Origin: Thermoanaerobaculia bacterium
GTDB lineage: Bacteria; Acidobacteriota; Thermoanaerobaculia; Multivoradales; Multivoraceae
Length of the DNA stretch: 64,000 nt
Direction of reading: 5' to 3'
Assembly (NCBI GenBank): GCA_963664405.1
Contig: OY761158.1
Span: forward strand, 1,440,001-1,504,000
Shown: positions 59,903-64,000 of the stretch, one piece after another
How the letters are laid out: the number at the start of each line of letters is the position of its first letter
How positions within the stretch are numbered: position 1 is the first letter of the stretch
Position numbers and translations under genes: made by a program
Notes under the pieces: generated by a model
What the model was told of the DNA's origin: nothing
What the model saw: only the letters and a program-made list of their open reading frames with translations
The model's database searches: none

Positions 59903-61456
59903 TTACGGCATGAACGGCGTCGAAGTGGGGCCCAGCTGGGTTTCCAACATCGGCTGGGCCAGCTCGACGAATTCACACAGCATCGGTCGGGTTTCTCTCG
60001 GGTCCATGATGTCTTCGATATTGAAAGCCTCGGCGGTGCGAAACGGGGACGCGAGCTGATCCAGCCGGTCCTCGATCTCTTTCTGTTTGGCGGCAGGATC
60101 GTCCGAGTCCGCGATGATCCTGCGGTAGGCCGCGGAGACACCGCCGGAGATGTGCATCGAGCCCCAATGGCCTGACGGCCAGGCCACCCGCTTGAACATG
60201 CCGCTGGGCCGGTCGTGGCATTGCCCTGCGACCCCGTAGAGCTGGCGGATGATGACCGTGATCCACGGCATCTGGGTCCGCAAGGTGGCGCAGAGAATCT
60301 TGGCACCTGCCCGAAGGATGCCCTGCTGCTGCTGGTCCGGACCCGACAGGAACCCGGGCTCGTCGGCGAGGTAGACCATCGGCAGATGGAAGGTGTCGCA
60401 CATCTGCAGAAAACGAATGACCTTGACCCCAGCCGCCACGTCCATGGCACCGCCGAGATGCCTGGGGTTGTTGATCATGACCCCGGTTGGGTAGCCATTG
60501 AGCCGAGCCAGGCCGACGATGCGAGAGAGGCCGTAGTGAGGCGTGATCTCGAAAAAAGATCCCTTGTCGAGCACCGCATCCAAGATCGGGCGCGGGTCGT
60601 AGACTCGGCGCTTGTCGCGCGGGATGATCGAAAGCAGATTCTCTTCCTTCCGATTGGGATCATCGTCACACTCGACCCGCGGCGCCATCTGCCAGACGTT
60701 GGTCGGCAGGTAGCTGAGGAAGCGCTTGATCATGTCGAAAGCTTCTGCCTCGCTCTCGGCGAGGTTGTCGATCACCCCGGCCTGGTACACCTGCGTCCTC
60801 TCGTCGCCGAGATCTTCCTTGGAGATGTCGATACCGAGGGAAGCCTTGACCACCGGCGGGCCGCCAGGGAAGACCTGAGAGATTCCTTTGACCATCACAC
60901 TGAAGTGGGCCAGACAGGCATCGACGGCGGGGAGGCCCGCTACGGAACCGAGTGCAGCGGAAACCACTGGTACCTCGCACAGCAGCTTCTCGATGCCTGG
61001 CGTAACCGGATTGGTGGGAATGTAGGTCCGCCCGATCTGCTCGAAGGTCTTTACGCTTCCGCCGGGAGAATCCAGCAGCCGTATGTAGGGGAGCCTCCAG
61101 TCGGCCGCCAGATTCTGGGCGTGCCCCTGTTTGTTGCCGATCGCCGCATCAGAAGCTCCCCCACGCACAGTGAAGTCGCCGCCATTGAGTACGACCTTGC
61201 GGCCGTTGAGGCGGCACAGGCCGATCAGCACGTTGGACGGCCTTACATCCACGAGCTCGCCATCCTCATCATAGGTGGCCGCCCCCGCCAGCCGACCGAT
61301 CTCCTCGAAAGAGCCCGAGTCCGAGAAGAGCTCGATCCGCTCACGGATGGTCAGCTTCCCTCGACCGTGCTGGATCTCGATCCCTTTCTCGCCGCCCAAC
61401 TTCTCGGCCATTGCCATGCGACGGGCGATTTCTTCTACTTCGGGTTCCCAGACCAT
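59903..61456 (-). CDS. Acyl-CoA carboxylase, carboxyltransferase subunit
   Basis: GKLTIRERI, DFTVRGG, GGPPVV, DEPGF and IMDPRETR motifs. Confidence 0.93.
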   Translation of the reverse strand: MVWEPEVEEIARRMAMAEKLGGEKGIEIQHGRGKLTIRERIELFSDSGSFEEIGRLAGAATYDEDGELVDVRPSNVLIGLCRLNGRKVVLNGGDFTVRGGASDAAIGNKQGHAQNLAADWRLPYIRLLDSPGGSVKTFEQIGRTYIPTNPVTPGIEKLLCEVPVVSAALGSVAGLPAVDACLAHFSVMVKGISQVFPGGPPVVKASLGIDISKEDLGDERTQVYQAGVIDNLAESEAEAFDMIKRFLSYLPTNVWQMAPRVECDDDPNRKEENLLSIIPRDKRRVYDPRPILDAVLDKGSFFEITPHYGLSRIVGLARLNGYPTGVMINNPRHLGGAMDVAAGVKVIRFLQMCDTFHLPMVYLADEPGFLSGPDQQQQGILRAGAKILCATLRTQMPWITVIIRQLYGVAGQCHDRPSGMFKRVAWPSGHWGSMHISGGVSAAYRRIIADSDDPAAKQKEIEDRLDQLASPFRTAEAFNIEDIMDPRETRPMLCEFVELAQPMLETQLGPTSTPFMP

Positions 61457-61496
61457 GCGCTTCTCCTGAGTGCGTTCTCTTGAAGAGTATGAATCG

Positions 61497-61862
61497 TTAG
61501 TTCGCAGATGGATCGAGCGGCTCACCATAGATATCAAATCGATCGTAGCGAACCCACGAAGGGTCGTAGCCCTCGCTTCGATCAAACTTCTGGGGTGCCG
61601 CCCATTCCGCCTTGACCGACGGGTCGTAGTCCGACGGCAGATCGCCCGAAGTCCGCTTGCCAAGCTCATCGTGCAGTCCCGCCATGACTCGCCCCAGCTC
61701 CGGCGGCATCGGCCCCTTACCCGAGGGTGATGTCTGATCGATCGGCCTCCGGTTCGCCTCCTTGTCGAAGCGAAAAGCCGCCGCGCTGTAGACCTCCTGC
61801 TCCGCCTTGTCGGCCTCTGTTCGTTGCAAAGCAACGGCACTATGCACCACACGAAAACGCAT
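61497..61862 (-). CDS. Hypothetical protein or gene fragment
   Basis: 121-aa ORF with protein-like composition, co-oriented upstream of the carboxyltransferase; no family recognised. Confidence 0.45.
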   Translation of the reverse strand: MRFRVVHSAVALQRTEADKAEQEVYSAAAFRFDKEANRRPIDQTSPSGKGPMPPELGRVMAGLHDELGKRTSGDLPSDYDPSVKAEWAAPQKFDRSEGYDPSWVRYDRFDIYGEPLDPSAN

Positions 61863-62051
61863 TTCAACGCACAGTTCCCTGATCTCCCCTCGGCTTCCTA
61901 TGGCCGAGGGCGCTCGACTCCGCCTCGGGCACCGTGCCCTTGGAGTAGATAGAGGAATGACTAGACCAGCATCCGCGGCGGCGACATCTTATCTAGGCTC
62001 CACAAATAATGGATATCAACTGCTCCGCTACTCCCACTCGACGTGGGCCGG

Positions 62052-62177
62052 GGCCGGCCGTTCAGCGTGCCCCAGATCGCCGCAGCGCAGGAGCGAGGCG
62101 ACGCAGGCGTACTCCGGGTACGCCGAGGAGCCGAACGACGAGCACGCGGTGAGGTGGGGTGCGCTGGACGGCCGGCC
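62052..62177. repeat. Palindromic element, subfamily C
   Basis: Arms GGCCGGCCGTTCAGCGTGCCCCA / TGGGGTGCGCTGGACGGCCGGCC; core GACGCAGGCGTAC-TCCGG-GTACGCCGAGGAG. Confidence 0.85.
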
Positions 62178-62216
62178 GGCTGATACGATCGCCGGCCTGC
62201 AACAAGGAGGAGAGCA

Positions 62217-63182
62217 ATGGCACGTTACGGCATGAGCATCCCGCTCGGCGGGATTCCACTGGATCAGCAAGGCGACATCTACAAGAAGATGATCGACTGG
62301 GGCTACACCGACTTCTGGTCCTCGGAGGCGGACGGAGCCGACGGATTCACCCCGCTCGCGCTCGCTGCGGCCTGGACTCCGACGGCGCGCCTCGGTGTCG
62401 CTATCATCCCGGCCTTCACTCGCGGTCCCGCTGTGATCGCCCAAACCGCTGCCGCCATGGCCGAAGCCGCGCCCGGTCGCTTCGTGATGGGCGTCGGCGC
62501 TTCCTCGAACGTGATCGTCGAGCGCTGGAACGACATCGCTTACGAGCGCCCGTACTACAAGACGCGAGATGTCGTGCGTTTCCTCAAAAAGGCGTTCGCG
62601 GGCGAGCGAGTGGCAGAGGAGTTCGACACCTTCAAGATCAACGGCTTCCGGCTCGGCCGCCTGCCGGAGATCCAACCGAAGATCCTTGTCGCCGCACTCC
62701 AGAAAGGCATGCTGAAGATGGCCGGAAGAGAGTCGGACGGTGCCATTCTCAACTGGCTCTCCGCCGAAGACGTGAAGACGGTCGTGCCCTACGTTCATGA
62801 GGGTGGACCGGACAAGGAGATCGCCGCGCGTATCTTCGTCATCCCCTCCGCAGACAAGGATCTGGTCTACGCTTCGGCGCGCCGCGGCATCGCGGCCTAT
62901 CTCAATGTGCCGGTATACGCCGCTTTCCACGAGTGGCTCGGAAGAGGTGAGCTCCTCGGCCCGCTGTGGAAGGCTTGGAAGGCCGGCGATAGAAAGAAGG
63001 CTCTGACCGTCATCCCCGATGAGGTCATCGACGACATCTTCATCTGGGGCAGGCCCGAGGAATGCCGCGAAAAGATCCAGCAATATGTCGAAGCAGGAGT
63101 CCACACTCCGGCCCTCGCCATGAACCACCCCGGCGACGACATGATGGAGTCGATCCGCTTACTCTCTCCGAGCGCCGCTTAG
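62217..63182 (+). CDS. LLM-class (probably F420-dependent) oxidoreductase
   Basis: GYTDFWSSE, RGPAVIAQ, GRFVMGVG and ESDGAILNW motifs. Confidence 0.88.
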   Translation: MARYGMSIPLGGIPLDQQGDIYKKMIDWGYTDFWSSEADGADGFTPLALAAAWTPTARLGVAIIPAFTRGPAVIAQTAAAMAEAAPGRFVMGVGASSNVIVERWNDIAYERPYYKTRDVVRFLKKAFAGERVAEEFDTFKINGFRLGRLPEIQPKILVAALQKGMLKMAGRESDGAILNWLSAEDVKTVVPYVHEGGPDKEIAARIFVIPSADKDLVYASARRGIAAYLNVPVYAAFHEWLGRGELLGPLWKAWKAGDRKKALTVIPDEVIDDIFIWGRPEECREKIQQYVEAGVHTPALAMNHPGDDMMESIRLLSPSAA

Positions 63183-63223
63183 CCCCCGGGGCTAGATAGT
63201 TGAGGTTTGCTTCCACCATGGAC

Positions 63224-63736
63224 CTACTCCTTCTCTTGATCCGAGTCCTGAAGCCCCTCTTCCCCGTAGCGACCGGCCGGCCCTGGGCCGCCGGGCGCCA
63301 GCCGTCCCTCTCCCCCGAAGTGGCCTCGGCCAGGCACGAAGTTGACTTCGACCCGGATGCCATCGGGATCCTCGAAGAGCACTGAATAGTAGCCGGGCGC
63401 GAACTCCGAGCCCTCCTCGGGCGGGTGCACCACCTCGACGTCGGGCTCCTGCAACAGGAATTCGTGAACCGAGCCGACATCCTCGCGGGAGCGCGCCCGG
63501 AAACAGAGGTGATGCAGGCCGGGGCGGTCCTGATCGTAAGGCCGATCGCGTTTGTCCACAGGCGCTCCACGTACCAGGATCCCGGTCCGACCGCCGATGC
63601 AGTAGACGATGTCGTCGCCCCGGATCAGCGTCGACATCTCCAGGAAGTGGCAGAACCGCTCCCAGAACGGCACGCAACGCGCAGGGTCATTGACCGTGAG
63701 CTGGATGTGCGCGATCCCGTTGATCGAAACCGTCAT
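63224..63736 (-). CDS. VOC/glyoxalase family protein
   Basis: GIAHIQLTV, GLHHLCFRA and YYSVLFEDPDGIRVE motifs. Confidence 0.92.
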   Translation of the reverse strand: MTVSINGIAHIQLTVNDPARCVPFWERFCHFLEMSTLIRGDDIVYCIGGRTGILVRGAPVDKRDRPYDQDRPGLHHLCFRARSREDVGSVHEFLLQEPDVEVVHPPEEGSEFAPGYYSVLFEDPDGIRVEVNFVPGRGHFGGEGRLAPGGPGPAGRYGEEGLQDSDQEKE

Positions 63737-64000
63737 CGTCGCCGTGCTCGGTACTTGTTGTAGAGCCGGGTGTGCTTGTTGTCGAGATCTACCGGCTGCC
63801 CGCGGATGATCACCTCCAAGACTTGGGTGCGGATCTCGAGAGGGTCGCCGTCGGTGATGATCAGATTCGCGACTTTCCCAGGCTCCAAGGTACCGAAGCG
63901 ATCACCCAGGCCCAGGATCTCGGCCGGGCGGCGACTGATCGCGCGCACGGCTTCCTCCCACGGCAGGCCGAAGGCCACGGCCTGGCCCGCCTCGTAGGGA
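63733..64000 (-). CDS. Amidohydrolase family protein, C-terminal part (starts beyond the window)
   Basis: AVRAIS..PAEILG...GTLEPGKVANLII.DGDPL. Confidence 0.85.
   Translation of the reverse strand, partial: PYEAGQAVAFGLPWEEAVRAISRRPAEILGLGDRFGTLEPGKVANLIITDGDPLEIRTQVLEVIIRGQPVDLDNKHTRLYNKYRARRR

Overview
GC-rich bacterial chromosomal window. It is probably Acidobacteriota (Thermoanaerobaculia-like), inferred from a lineage-typical C-terminal domain at about 55.7-56.07 kb and from the kinase architectures. Housekeeping and metabolic genes include metG, topA, hemB, hisI, folE2, pyrE, mogA, rpmB, copA, a sulfatase, two Ser/Thr kinases, ABC components, an acyl-CoA dehydrogenase and a carboxyltransferase. 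Two IS elements are present: an IS3-family element, and an IS21-family element with two passenger ORFs that splits an alpha/beta hydrolase. Several genes are frameshifted or truncated. The most interesting signals are non-coding. (1) A ~500-nt densely base-paired region with crossing helices (31844-32340) lies directly upstream of a mazG-like/folE2/pyrE operon and divergent from zinc-ligand-poor hemB/hisI; it is a candidate large ncRNA or regulatory leader. (2) Palindromic elements of ~125-168 bp, mostly CTAG-bounded, fall into three subfamilies with unrelated arms but a shared covarying core resembling Rickettsia palindromic elements; they supply start codons, stop codons and C-terminal tails to neighbouring genes. 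(3) A multi-hairpin sRNA candidate lies at 22.6-22.86 kb. (4) A mirrored purine/pyrimidine 7-8-mer array lies at 25.04-25.35 kb. All calls come from reading the sequence; no database searches were run.
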